A stretch of DNA of 64,000 nt from Amoebidium appalachense. Taxonomy: Eukaryota; Protista; Ichthyosporea. Where the stretch lies: positions 7,549,482 to 7,613,481 of the forward strand of contig CAVNZM010000013.1 in assembly GCA_963693365.1 (NCBI GenBank), read 5' to 3'. The stretch's first letter is position 1. Each line of letters starts with the position of its first letter. Of the stretch, positions 40,959 through 52,616 are shown one piece after another. Position numbers and translations under genes: made by a program. Under the pieces are notes generated by a model that worked only from the letters and a program-made list of their open reading frames with translations, made no database searches and had not been told where the DNA came from.

Positions 40959-41599
40959 ATGGCTGCCAAGTTTTCTCTTCTTCCCTCGTTAGGCAAGTTC
41001 GTGGAAAAGGGAGGCTTCTTTTTTCGTTCCTCTTCCATTTACGGGGGCCTGACTGGGTTTCACGACTACGGCCCTGTAGGTGTGGAATTGAAACGGAACA
41101 TCACACAGGCATGGTGGAAGGATGAGGTACAAGCGGAGGAGAATGTGTGGGGTTTAGATACGAGCTTGCTAACACATGCAGATGCGATAGAAACGGGCAC
41201 ACACAGGCAAGGAGGGGCGGACAAGCAAAACATGAACATGAGAACGAGTATAGGCTCTGTCGATCCTTTAGACCAACTGATTGAATCAGTTTTGGAGGGA
41301 AAGAACAGTGGGAAACCAGCAGAAACTATCAAAATAAACGTTAAAGATGCAATCAGAGGTACCACTGCATTCCTCCGACCAAGTGCTCTGCCAGGAACTT
41401 TTTCCGAAGCATCGAACGTCGTGAAAACCTTTGGGTTGAAGCCGCCTTTTGGCTTCGCCCAAGTCGCTAGATCTTTCAGGAACGTTCCAGAAGTGGACAC
41501 AAAGAGCACGTGGCCTACGTGGAGGGAGTTTGATGTTTTGGAGCTGGAGTATTTTAGTGATAAGATACCTGAAGGTATGGAGTCCACACCCCCCCCTCG

Positions 41600-41655
<56 letters not shown>

Positions 41656-41749
41656 CCTCTCTCTCCCTCTCTCTTTCTCCCCCCCCCTCTCTCTCCCTCT
41701 CTCTTTCTCCCTCCCCACCTCTCTCTCCCTCTCTCTCTCCCTCCTTCCC

Positions 41750-41837
<88 letters not shown>

Positions 41838-41990
41838 GTTCTCTCGTTCTCTCGTTCCCTATGCCTTCCTCTCTGCCTCTCCCTTCCTCCCTCCCCCCTC
41901 TCTCCCTCCCGCCGTCCCTCCCTCCCTCCCTCCCTCCCTTGCTCCCCCCTCCCCCCGTTCTGCACGTCCTCTCTCTCTCCCTCCCTCCCT

Positions 41991-42063
<73 letters not shown>

Positions 42064-43698
42064 CCCCCCCCCCTCCCCCGCTCCCTCTCTTCTCTCTCTC
42101 CCCCCCCCCTCTCTCTCTCTCCTCTCCCCTCTCTCCCTTCCTCCCTCTCTTCTCTCTCCCCCCCCCTCTCTCTCTCCCTCTCCCCTCTCTCCCTTCCTCC
42201 CTCCCTTCCTCCCTCCCTCCCTCTCTTTCTTGCTCGCTCTCTCGTTCCTCCTCTCTCCCTCCCTCCCCCCTCCCCCCCGTCGTTCTCTCCCTGTCTCTCT
42301 CCCTGCCCTCGTCCCCGCTCCCTCGCCCTGTCTGTCTCCCGCTCTATCTTTCCTCCCACTGTCTCTCGCGCTCCCCCTTATCTCCTCCTCCTTCAATAAA
42401 TAATTATAATATCGTCCTGGTTAGAAACTGGTTTACCTTAGTGTATGTATGTTCTGTTTGCACATGTCCGGGTACCCAGTGCATTTCTTTTGTTCTGGGG
42501 CCTTAATTTTGGACGCTGCAACGGTGCCAGAGCCACGTCTGTGTTCTTTGCGGCCGCCACCCCACCGCATGGGTAGAGGGCCGCACTCGCACAGACTACA
42601 GTTACTCTCCTTTCCTGCTATGTTTGTGCGCGCACAATCCTCTTGCATTTCATTTGGAATGGTTGTACTCTACGCTGCGTAGCGCTTTTTATTTCCTCCT
42701 CCCCCCTCCCCCCCCCCTCCAAACACCTCCCCGGACTTAGTAGAAGCCTGACGTATCTTGTGTTTGTTTGCTTGGGTTTCTTGTTTTGTATATTGTCAGA
42801 TATGGTTTTAATGTTTTTGTTTTTGTTTTTTGTTTTTGTTTTTTTTGTTTTTTTTTGTTTGTTTGTTTTTTTTGGGGGGGGGGGGTTGCTGTTCCGTGAA
42901 CAATTATGTTGCATTTGGCCAAGACAGGCTGACTCACCTACTGGTGTTGAAACAAAGTGTGGGTTGGGAAAAACGAACGACAGGTTGAAGAGCTGAATCC
43001 CTCCTTTTCGGAGGCCTAGGAACCCCTTTGATGATGGGCTTTGTTCAAGTTTCTTCTGCCTGCACACTTCCGTTTCATCTTTTGTGATTATATCATCGCG
43101 GTTATAAAATGGCGATGCTTCCATGGTTGCCACCCTCTGATGCATACCCCACCACCCCCACCCTCCCCCAGTTGCCCTTCTTCCCTCGCTTTCTTCTTGG
43201 AAAATCGTGTTTCCCCCTTTTTTTGCACATTCTGTTGGCACATGTCCGGGTACCCATTGCATTTCTTTTGTTCTGGGGCCTTAATTTCGGACGCTGCAAC
43301 AGTGCCAGAGCCACGTCCGTGTTCTTTGCGGCCGCCACCCCACCGCATGGGTAGAGGGCCGCACTCGCACAAGCTACAGTCGTATTGTGTCCTGCCCTTT
43401 TGATGAGTGTAATTACTGTTGTTGTGTGGACTTGGTGTTTGAAGTGTCTGTCAAGAGTTTATTATTTGAAGTTCATCCTCTTCAACTGTTGTTTGTGGTC
43501 TGTTTACTTAAAGCCCCCCCCCTCCCCCCCCTCCCCCCGGCCTATTTCCTTTCTATTTCCTGCTGGGGGGAGGTTGAATGTGAGGGGTGGGGCAGAGAGG
43601 GTTGTTTAAGAACTTTCAATGTGGTGTTGAGTCTTGCTTTTCGGAAGGGTTTGGTAAGATTGCTGATGCCTGCGTGCTACAATCTGCACAGATACACA

Positions 43699-43760
<62 letters not shown>

Positions 43761-44614
43761 CCATGCAAGAGCTCGTCTCTCGCCGCCTACGGTGGTGGCA
43801 CAAGTACACCAACACGCCCTCAAATTTCACTGTCGATCTCGCGCAATCAGCGGGAAATTCGTCATCACACGATTCGTCAAGAATCATCTACGCGCTTCCA
43901 TGGGGAGGGAGTGGGGGAGGTGGAAACCTTCTCGATTGTTCCGCCGCCTTCCGACGTTGGTGGGGTGGAGGTGAAATGTGTGGTGAGGGCAGCGGTTGGA
44001 CTGCCCCGGGCCACATATGCATTCCTATTGGATGGACTGCAGCCATTAGAAAACGAGGGTGCCCTGAATGCAGAAACCGTCCGGTACGAGCCACCCCCCC
44101 CCCCCCCCCCCCCCCCTCCCCACCGGCTTATCTTGCATACTGCGCGTGTTGCTGATGTTGCATACTTGAATGATTACTTTTGCCTGTGTCCTGCACCGTG
44201 TTTCTCATCTTGTTCTTGTACTTCGTACCGTGTTCCACATTCCCCCCCCCCTGCTGGACCCGTTAGGCACCAACCCTTGCTTTGCTCTTGGCCTTGGTTG
44301 GTTTTTCTGGGGGGTTGCCGTCCTTCCCATTATGATATTTTTATGTTTGTCTTCGTCTTTGTGTGTTCAGGTCTGATTTGTTATCCTAGAGTACGTAGAC
44401 GTGCCCGGGGATAGGGGGGGGGGGGGGGGGAGTTAAAAATGTTTTTTTGGAAAGGATGTGTGGTTGGTTTCAACGTGTGGGCTGTCGTGGCAGACATGCT
44501 TGCTACAATTTGTGTGCTGTTGGAGGGAAGGCAGGGGGATGGAGAGCTGCAATTCATGAACACTTTTTACTTAACTCTACGACCCCCCTCCCCCCTCCTC
44601 CCCCCTTCCCCCCA

Positions 44615-44680
<66 letters not shown>

Positions 44681-44739
44681 CACACGCACACTGCAGGTTC
44701 CATGCGGCACTTAAGCCCAAGAAGAAGGTTGCCGAGTGA
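40959..44739 (+). CDS. POLG2: Degenerate class II GlyRS paralogue, most similar to mitochondrial DNA polymerase gamma accessory subunit (POLG2-like)
   Basis: Exons 40959-41574, 43758-44083 (+1 frameshift in G-runs at about 43902-43917), 44697-44739 (TGA). GlyRS-like IYGG..DYGPVGVELKRNI..AWW and PFGFAQV..SFRN, but LRPSALPG replaces LRPETAQG. RRLRWWHKYTNTPSNF, IYALPWG..VET and VKCVV..LPRATYAFLLD resemble remembered POLG2 segments (HRLQWWRKFAMSPSNF, YYNFPWG..IET, PCVL..LDRGMLAYLYD). Confidence 0.75.
41590..42395 (+). repeat. ~800-bp CT/pyrimidine low-complexity tract at the start of POLG2-like intron 1
   Basis: Direct reading: (CT)n and C-runs. Confidence 0.9.
42458..42603 (+). ncRNA. Family A H/ACA snoRNA-like element in POLG2-like intron 1
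   Basis: 3' hairpin GTCTGTG/CACAGAC and TGCGGCC/GGCCGCA, followed by T-ACA-GTT. Confidence 0.55.
43236..43381 (+). ncRNA. Family A H/ACA snoRNA-like element in POLG2-like intron 1
   Basis: TGGCAC..GTGCCA hairpin, AGAGCCA hinge, second hairpin, ACA-GTC. Confidence 0.55.
44125..44241 (+). mobile_element. Family B 3' fragment within poly(C)
   Basis: GCTGATGTTGCATACTTGAATG..TGTCCTGCACC..CGTACCGTGTTCCACATT+poly(C). Confidence 0.8.
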
Positions 44740-45184
44740 ATTCTCGGCTTGGAAAGAAGACCCTATTTGTGTGCACCCATATTCCTGCTTTTTTTAGTTA
44801 TAAACTTTTTTTTGCACCAAACCTTCCCGTCCAAATTTCCATATTTGGCTAGTCGATGCGATCGCTGCGCGAATAATTGGTCCATACGAAATCAATGTGA
44901 TATTTCGATATTACTTCCTTTTTTTTTGTGCAAGCCATTATGGCATGCTTATCTAACCTGGCCAAGGTCATGTTTCCAGTTGGCAGTTGTAGCTTTTTTA
45001 TTATATTTTTTTTTTTGTTACGTGGAAGATTTGTTTGGATAAAACCTATGTAATTCTTATTATAATTTTTTTTTGGTTACGTGGAAGATTTGTTTGGATA
45101 AAACCTATGTAATTTTTTTCCTTTTAAACATAGAAGGTTTGTTGGCTGCTCTTTTTTATTTTGTTGTTGTTGGTTGGTTTGTTT

Positions 45185-45215
<31 letters not shown>

Positions 45216-46962
45216 GGGGGGGAGAGAGAGGAGGGGGGAGGGGGGGCATTCTGAACAAGAAGTGTTGGCAAACTCAAAGCCGGCTCCTGACAGCATTCAG
45301 TACGTTTTATTCTGTATGAGCACGATTTACCTGAAATGAACTATGATTACAAGGCCATATCTGTGCGATATATATAGTAGCGTGTGCACATACTCGCAAA
45401 CACAAGCATGCTTATAAGCTCAACCGTTATGACTCATACTTAACGAAATGGAGAGTGGAGGCCCTTAAATTGTGAGCAATCGATGTCACGTCTGCAGCAT
45501 GAATTCGTGTGTTAATACATAACACCTCTTCATTGGTCAGGCTATTGCCATATAGGGGCAATACACAAAACACGGTGCACGTGTTTACTTGGTCTGATGA
45601 GCCGCTATTCTAGGAGATTGAAATAAATATGTCGCATATTTGCATATGGTTCAGTGTTATCCCCCCCTCCCCCCCCCCCCCCCCCCCCCCCCCCCTCCCC
45701 CCTCCCCCCCTCCCTCCACACACACACACACACACACCGTGTGTGTGCCGCCCTAACACCGCACACACCGAGTAGCCACAACCATCATGACCATCCGCCC
45801 CTCCCCCTCCCCCTTCCCTCGCGAGAATCCGGGGTCTCGAAAAAAATGCACACGTGTGCACAAAGTGTCACCCCAGGAAACACACAAAAAAGGGGGGCAA
45901 AAACACACTCCTGCATGCATGCTCACACGGCTGTCAATGGTTGTGTTGTGCGCATGCACACGCAGCTACTATAGGCCTAGGCCGGCCCTGTGAGCCCAAT
46001 AACAATACAGACAACGGGATAATGATACTATTAATCCCCCCCCCCCACACACGGCCACCCACCTTACCCCACTCAGGCCACCCCCACCCTCCTCCTCCTC
46101 CGCCTCGGCGGCCATTCATGATCACCCCTGGGTAGAGCCTACGTATTTATAGATGTCTTTTTTTAATTTGTTCTTCCCAAACAACAGCCATCGACCTGAT
46201 TTAAACCCGGCTTGCACTATCCAGCTGCTCGTACCATTGTTTGTTAGCAATTAGCAGCATCTATGGGGTTTACACACTTTTATTTGCTTGGTAGAGGGCC
46301 CAGCGTCGCCATGTCTGATCACCCTGCTGCGTTTTCCAGCTTAGTCCTACTGGCTAAGCGGGCTACAAAGAGAAAAGTACAACCCCAAGGTAATGTGTGA
46401 CTACTAATATAGAGAGAAAACGTACATATATATGCGTTATCGATCACGAACAGAAAAGATTTTCGCCGATGTAGAGGTTTATTTTCCCCATGGAAGCATG
46501 CTTTCAGACAGATGGCTACCACCCCACCCTTCAATGTCACAAATATCACACCTTGAGCATACCACAGAAAACTCGAGAAACATACGGTGATTCGACCTCT
46601 AGACATCTAGCCTAACGTTTAGAGTGCCAACCTCTTTGTATTTCTTCAACCTGGTAAATATCAGCTTTATCCTATAATAATGTAAAACCATGCAATGTAT
46701 GCGTACGAACCACAAGGCTGTGAAAAATTAGGTCTAATACGTGCATACGTTTTAGCTTAAGCCTATATTGGCATTTCGCGACATATAACTTCAACACGGT
46801 TATTAGTAACGTTTGTCGCCAACTCAAAATCATGCAACGATTGGTTTTTGCTTTCGTAAGACGCAATCTTCCAAGGCATGCGGGCGACAGTCCCAGACAA
46901 AGGAATCGCGTACGTTACGTATAGCAACACAGTCGCTAACACAGAGTGTACACCACTCAATC

Positions 46963-47506
46963 TTACAGCGTGACAATACGCACCCCGCCCAGGGAAGCAA
47001 TATCAGCAGGGAACGTCTTTCCGGGGCATGCAATAAACATGAAATGCCTCGGTACGCCCAGGACCTCCGACAGAACATCCACCACTGCACGCCCAAACAC
47101 CCCCTTGACTGCAACCACATCGAGACGCATTTCAGGATATATCCTGTCCAGAACGTGACATTCCTCCTCCAATCGTCCAATCATACTGTCTGCATCCTGA
47201 TCTTCATCGTATACGTGCACGATCTGGAGCCAGGATGTCTTTTCGTTTTCTCGCACGTATTGCACCGCCTTGTTGAGCGAGTAGATGGACTCGTTCTTGA
47301 TGAAGAACACCATGCGCCTCTGCTTGAACACTTCGGTCTGACGGATGATACGGTTGCGGAACCACCTGCATGAAAAACATAAATTTAGCTGGGTCGACTT
47401 GCAAAGACCGTATTTGCTGAATTTCAGTCAGATGCAAGGTCTCTGTCCCTCTCTCTCTTTGTGTCTGTGTGTGCATGTTGCGCTTACGCGCGCACGCACG
47501 TGTTTC

Positions 47507-47548
<42 letters not shown>

Positions 47549-48903
47549 GTGTGTGTGTGTGTGTTTACGGAGGATGCATATGTGCACATGTGTGTGTGTG
47601 GGGGGGGGGGGGGGGGGGGGGGGGAGGGGGGGGGGGGGGGGAGAGGGGGTGGGGTGGGTGGGTGGTGGTGGTGGAGGGGGGTGGTGGAGGGGGGGGGGGG
47701 GGGGGGGGATAATACCTCGTGGGGCAACGGCCAAAGATGGTCCACTTGTCATCATCGACGTTTGCGAGCAACCTATCGAGTGCCTTGAAGAGTGGTGCAC
47801 GCTGAAACATGCAAAACACCGCAAAGCCAGCCAATGAGAAATAGAGAATAAACCATGGCACCGCATCCTGATTGGACAGCACGTTCCCGATAAGGCCTGC
47901 AATGAGGCATCCAATGGCCGTGAGAACCAATGGGACGGGGGCATAGTCCGGGCGCTTGATCCGAGATCGCCGAATTTTCAAAAGTAGATTGGACACCCCG
48001 AACAGAGTCATGACGCAAAGGAAAGCAATAGTATAAACCCCGCCCAGAATAAGGATATTTCCGTTCATAATGAAATACAGCGACGCACACAGAAGGAAAT
48101 ACGTCAGAATGATCCAATGGTTGGTTCCTCGAAGCCGATTGGTCGACAGGAAAACCGAGGGAAGGCACCGATCCAAAGCCATACGCCTGATCAAGCCAAT
48201 CACACCGACGTATCCGGTTAGGACGGCGCCCGAAAGCACGATTACAGCATCTACATTGACCAAAGTCTTAAGCCAGTGCGAACTTGCCATCTCACTCAGC
48301 ATACTGCTGTTATCGGGCGCCCCGTCGACCAAAGGAAGACCCATGAACCGTGCCAAAGGGAGGGTGGCCAGACCGCACAGGGAGATCAGGGGGTTGGCTA
48401 TGCTCACGATTGCCCACATGTTCCGTAGGGTTTTAGGAAACACCCCTGGTTTTTGGTCCTCGACAAAATTCGCTGACGTTTCGAACCCCGAGACGCCCAA
48501 AAGGCCGGCGCACGCGCCGAAGAAGATCGCCGCGGGGACATTGTAATCGTTTGCACCCGGGATCGTGGAGAGATCGGTGTTCCAATTGGTCACCAGCAGC
48601 GCAAATTTGTCCTTTGACGCGGTAATTATGCTGTCCACGATCACCATGGTGAGGGTGAGGAGGTGGAACAGGAAGATGACAAGGGCCACCGGTGCAGAAT
48701 CACCAATCCCGAGCAGCACAAGGAGACCAAATATGGCTATGATGGCCACAAATACCGCAGACAGTGGGGCCTGCACGTGGTGTGTGTGTGGGTGCACGTG
48801 ATGGTGGGTGTGGATGAAGGGGGGGGGGGGGGGGGGGGGGGGGGGGGAGGGGGGAGGGGGGGGGGGGGGGGAGGGGTGGGGGGGGAGAGTTGCTGGAAGG
48901 GAG

Positions 48904-48940
<37 letters not shown>

Positions 48941-49676
48941 AATGGGGAGGGGGGGGGGGGGGGGGGGGGGGGGTCTTAGGGTTACGTCTTTAGCTCACAC
49001 GTACAGTCTTCAACCCTTCCCCCTCCGCCCCCTCCCCCCTTCCACCCAGGATTGGAGGAGAAATAAAAATCAAAGGAGAAGAAATACGTATCGTTTCAAC
49101 TTCAACACCCAATCTTCCTCCATGCCCATGTTTGTGTTCACTTTAACCTCCCCACCGATTTGATCGAAAAATCTCAACGACAAATGTGCGCGCACACACA
49201 CACTACACATAAACACAACCACACCTCTGCAACCTCCCCCGTCGTAACAATCTTGCCTTCTGCATCTCATGCGCTCCACGCTCCCAGTTGCTTTTCATCC
49301 CCCCCCCCCCCCCCCCCCCCCCCCCCTTCTACACACACACACACACACACACATCTCCTTCCCAATCGGGTCCCAACACCACACTAAAAACACACACCGC
49401 AAGCGCACACAGACACACACAGGGAAAGACGGATGCTGGTCATTCTTTCAGAACACGAAGCAGGCGCAGGGCAGGTATGCCTCCCCTCCCCCCTCCCCCC
49501 CCCCCCCCCCCTCACCCTCCCGCTCCCTTCCCCCCCTCACTCCACCCCCCCCCAACCGGGGCCGGGGGGTTAAAATGTGCCACAGAATTCGAGAGTATAC
49601 ATCCATGGCAGACACCACAATGCAAATTACACAAAGCACACACAAAGTGTATGCATCTAAGCAGAGTCCATGCTTC

Positions 49677-49709
<33 letters not shown>

Positions 49710-49866
49710 AACAAGTTAAACACAGTACACGAGGTTCGAACCATTCACCTCGGTCAACGAGACCTAACTCGCTTACACTTTGTTCAAGGCGGGTGACCCA
49801 CCCATGTACGAGACGAGCAGGATCACAAGCAAGAGCAGTAGGGCGGCGGCGGCGGCGCGGGGGGCT

Positions 49867-49898
<32 letters not shown>

Positions 49899-51690
49899 GG
49901 GGGCAACATACAGCAGGGACGAGAGATACAAAGTAGGCGCTGGCAGATGCACCGCTCACTACGGCCGTAGCCACATAGCTCACTATGGTGAGGCAGCCTG
50001 CCACGGCCGCCATGGGCTTGCTGGTGGTGTTGAGAAGCGCTGTGTACGTGCCCCCGTTGATGGGGAGTGCTCCTACTACCTGTATGCGTGGAAGAAAGGG
50101 AACATGAGTTGGAGAGTGGGGGTTAAGTGTGTGGGCGGTGTGTGTGTATCTGTACACAGACACGCACACACGCACACACATTGCAATGTATATGCAAACG
50201 AAGACACAAACACGGTGTTGATGCTGTGCGGCACATACATACATGCACACAGACAGCTAAGCAGGCAGGTAGACGGAAAGATAACCATATTGTTATATAC
50301 ACCTTCTGTGTGACTTACAGACACACACACACACACACACACACACACATTCTCCTTACCACCCACCCATCCACCTACACGTACCCCCCCCCCCCCCCCC
50401 GGCCCCCCGACACACACACCCACCTATCCACACCCACCCCACCTCCACCCACACCCACCCCCAACCACACAGTGCACACACCTCTGCGTAGATGCGCCTG
50501 TACATGTAGAGGATACCGGCCACAATGACGAGGGAGATGGGGGCCAGGGGCCCCGCATAGTAGGCACATATGCCGGCAACATAGAGGCAGGACGAGGTGA
50601 TGTCATTGCCGCTAAGCGCCGTCGACACAAACTGCCCAAGGAGCCGGTGTTCCCGGGGCTGTTTAAATATTTAAAAGATTAGTTAGGATTTGTTTGCGTC
50701 GATAGATTGTGGTAGCATATTTGTGTGCCTAGCCTTATTTTAGGGGTGGGTGGGTGGTGGAAGGGTGCCTGTCGAGGGAGACGAGGGGGATAGGTACAAG
50801 AATGGCAAGGGAGGCTCAAAGAGGTGTGCTGGCATGTACATAAAGGGCACAGAGATGTTGGTACATAAAAACGGTAGAGAAAGCCAATGCGAACCATGAG
50901 AAGTTGAGGCCGAGCAAACAGGGGGACTATTGGCGGATGTGTAGGTGAGCGGGTGTGTGTATGTATAAAGGGGTGTGATGGTGGTGGTGGTGATGGCGCG
51001 GGGGAGGGGGGGGGGGGGGGGAGGGGGGGGGGGGGGGGGGGGGAGGGGGGGGGGGGGCAAGGAACGGGGAGAACGAGGAGAGGACCAATTCGTTTCAGGT
51101 TGCAACCCCCCCCCCCCCCCCCCCCCCGAGGGCGCGCACGCGCGCAAACCACCACCACCACCAGATAATAATACTAAAGATTAGCAATAAACACAGACAC
51201 ACACACACTAAACACAGCCCTAATGCAGGAACAGCATTTCCCCGTTGCCCTGGACCGACTATTTTCAAGGGATTGAAAGCAAGCTTTAAGCCCCCCCCCC
51301 CCCCCCCCCCCCCCCCCCGCGGAGGGCGAAGGCAAGTATAAAGGGAGGGAACCAGGGACACGAGCCTGCGAGGGGAAACAAGCCACGAGAACAACCAAGC
51401 GGAATTCAGAAGGCCGCCAAGCAAACACCACACACACTGGTAGCTATACCCCACATCCACCCCTGAGCATCCGATCAACACACTTAATCCTGCACGGCTC
51501 AACATACCTGCTCCCTGTATGGCGGCAGCTCTGGAATGCGCACAGTGGTGCCTTTCTCCCCAAACTCCCAGTTCTCCTCCGGTGCAGGAAGTATAACTGT
51601 TCCTAATTGGCTGGCACGCGCGACTGGATCAGACACGACTGATCTTCGCCCCATCACGGAAGCGCGCGCAACAGGATCTAGCTCTAACAT
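46963..51690 (-). CDS. APC-superfamily amino acid permease with C-terminal cytoplasmic domain
   Basis: Exons 51690-51508, 50658-50482, 50079-49912, 48770-47716, 47365-46963. Motifs ALSGNDITSSCLYV, ALPINGGTY, GVSGFETSANFVE, VLSGAVLT..G..RMALDRCLP; many TM helices. Confidence 0.9.
49571..49830 (-). mobile_element. Family B old, long diverged copy with expanded internal C-run
   Basis: On +: TAAGCAGAGTCCAT, CACAGTAC, CCATTCACCTC, GGCGGGTGACCC and GAGACGAGCAGG in family order. Confidence 0.65.
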
Positions 51691-51871
51691 AGCTGCATTT
51701 GTTAAAATGTTAGTAAAATTTATAAAATTTAATGTGATGTGTGTGATTGTCAGCGACAAATTGTTCGGTTTCGTAGGGCTTTTCAAGATATGTGTCTGTT
51801 GCTTGGCTGAAACCCCCTTTCCCTCCCACTCCCCATTCACTTTCTCTATCAGATCCCCCATCACTCTGCCA

Positions 51872-51906
<35 letters not shown>

Positions 51907-52196
51907 ATTTTCCCACCACCACCACCACCACCAACACTAGCAAAAGTAAAAAAGTCCGCTTTACCCCCTCCCCCCCGCCGCACACAAAAGAAATGGCATT
52001 GAACATGATGAGTGAAAAGGGTAATGAAGCCACGAAGAGAGGAACGTACCAGAAGGGCGAGGCTGAAAGTAGGCACTGGTGGATGCACGTGGGCCGTCCA
52101 GGTAGCTGACTGTGGATGCACGTGGGCCATAGGTGGGCACTGGCCGGCCCTCCATGATGGCACCCAGCCGCAGCTGCCGGAGTGACTTGACCGTCG

Positions 52197-52237
<41 letters not shown>

Positions 52238-52547
52238 CCGCCCGTGCATGTGTGTCGTCTCCTGTCCTTTTTGTTTGGGAAGAAGGAGAGGGGAGGGGGG
52301 TGGGCGAGGGGGGAGAGGGGAGAGGAGAAAAAGAGGAAACGGGCTACGGGGAAATGGAAGAGAGAAGAGGGGGAAAAGGGCGGAGGGGAGGGGGCACCGT
52401 GGGGGGGGGAGGGGGGGGGGGGGGGGAGGGTTATGTGGGGGGTCACGAGCACAGGAACGGGGTGGGGGGAAGGCAAGAAAGGTGAGGGGACAGAGGGAGG
52501 GGGAGGGGGAGGGGGGGGAGGGGGGGCGGAGGGGAGGGGAGGGGAGG

Positions 52548-52616
<69 letters not shown>

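Noticed and set aside
41575-42506. S/L/P-rich C-terminal half of the 515-aa ORF
   Set aside because: Read-through into a (CT)n intron after the donor at 41575.
45015-45115. Short local duplications (also 5100-5280, 10850-10980, 55030-55070, 60860-61030)
   Set aside because: Ordinary slippage duplications with no further structure.
49085-49165. Possible extra exon of the APC permease
   Set aside because: No in-phase acceptor; the flanking exons join directly (VPA|APLS).
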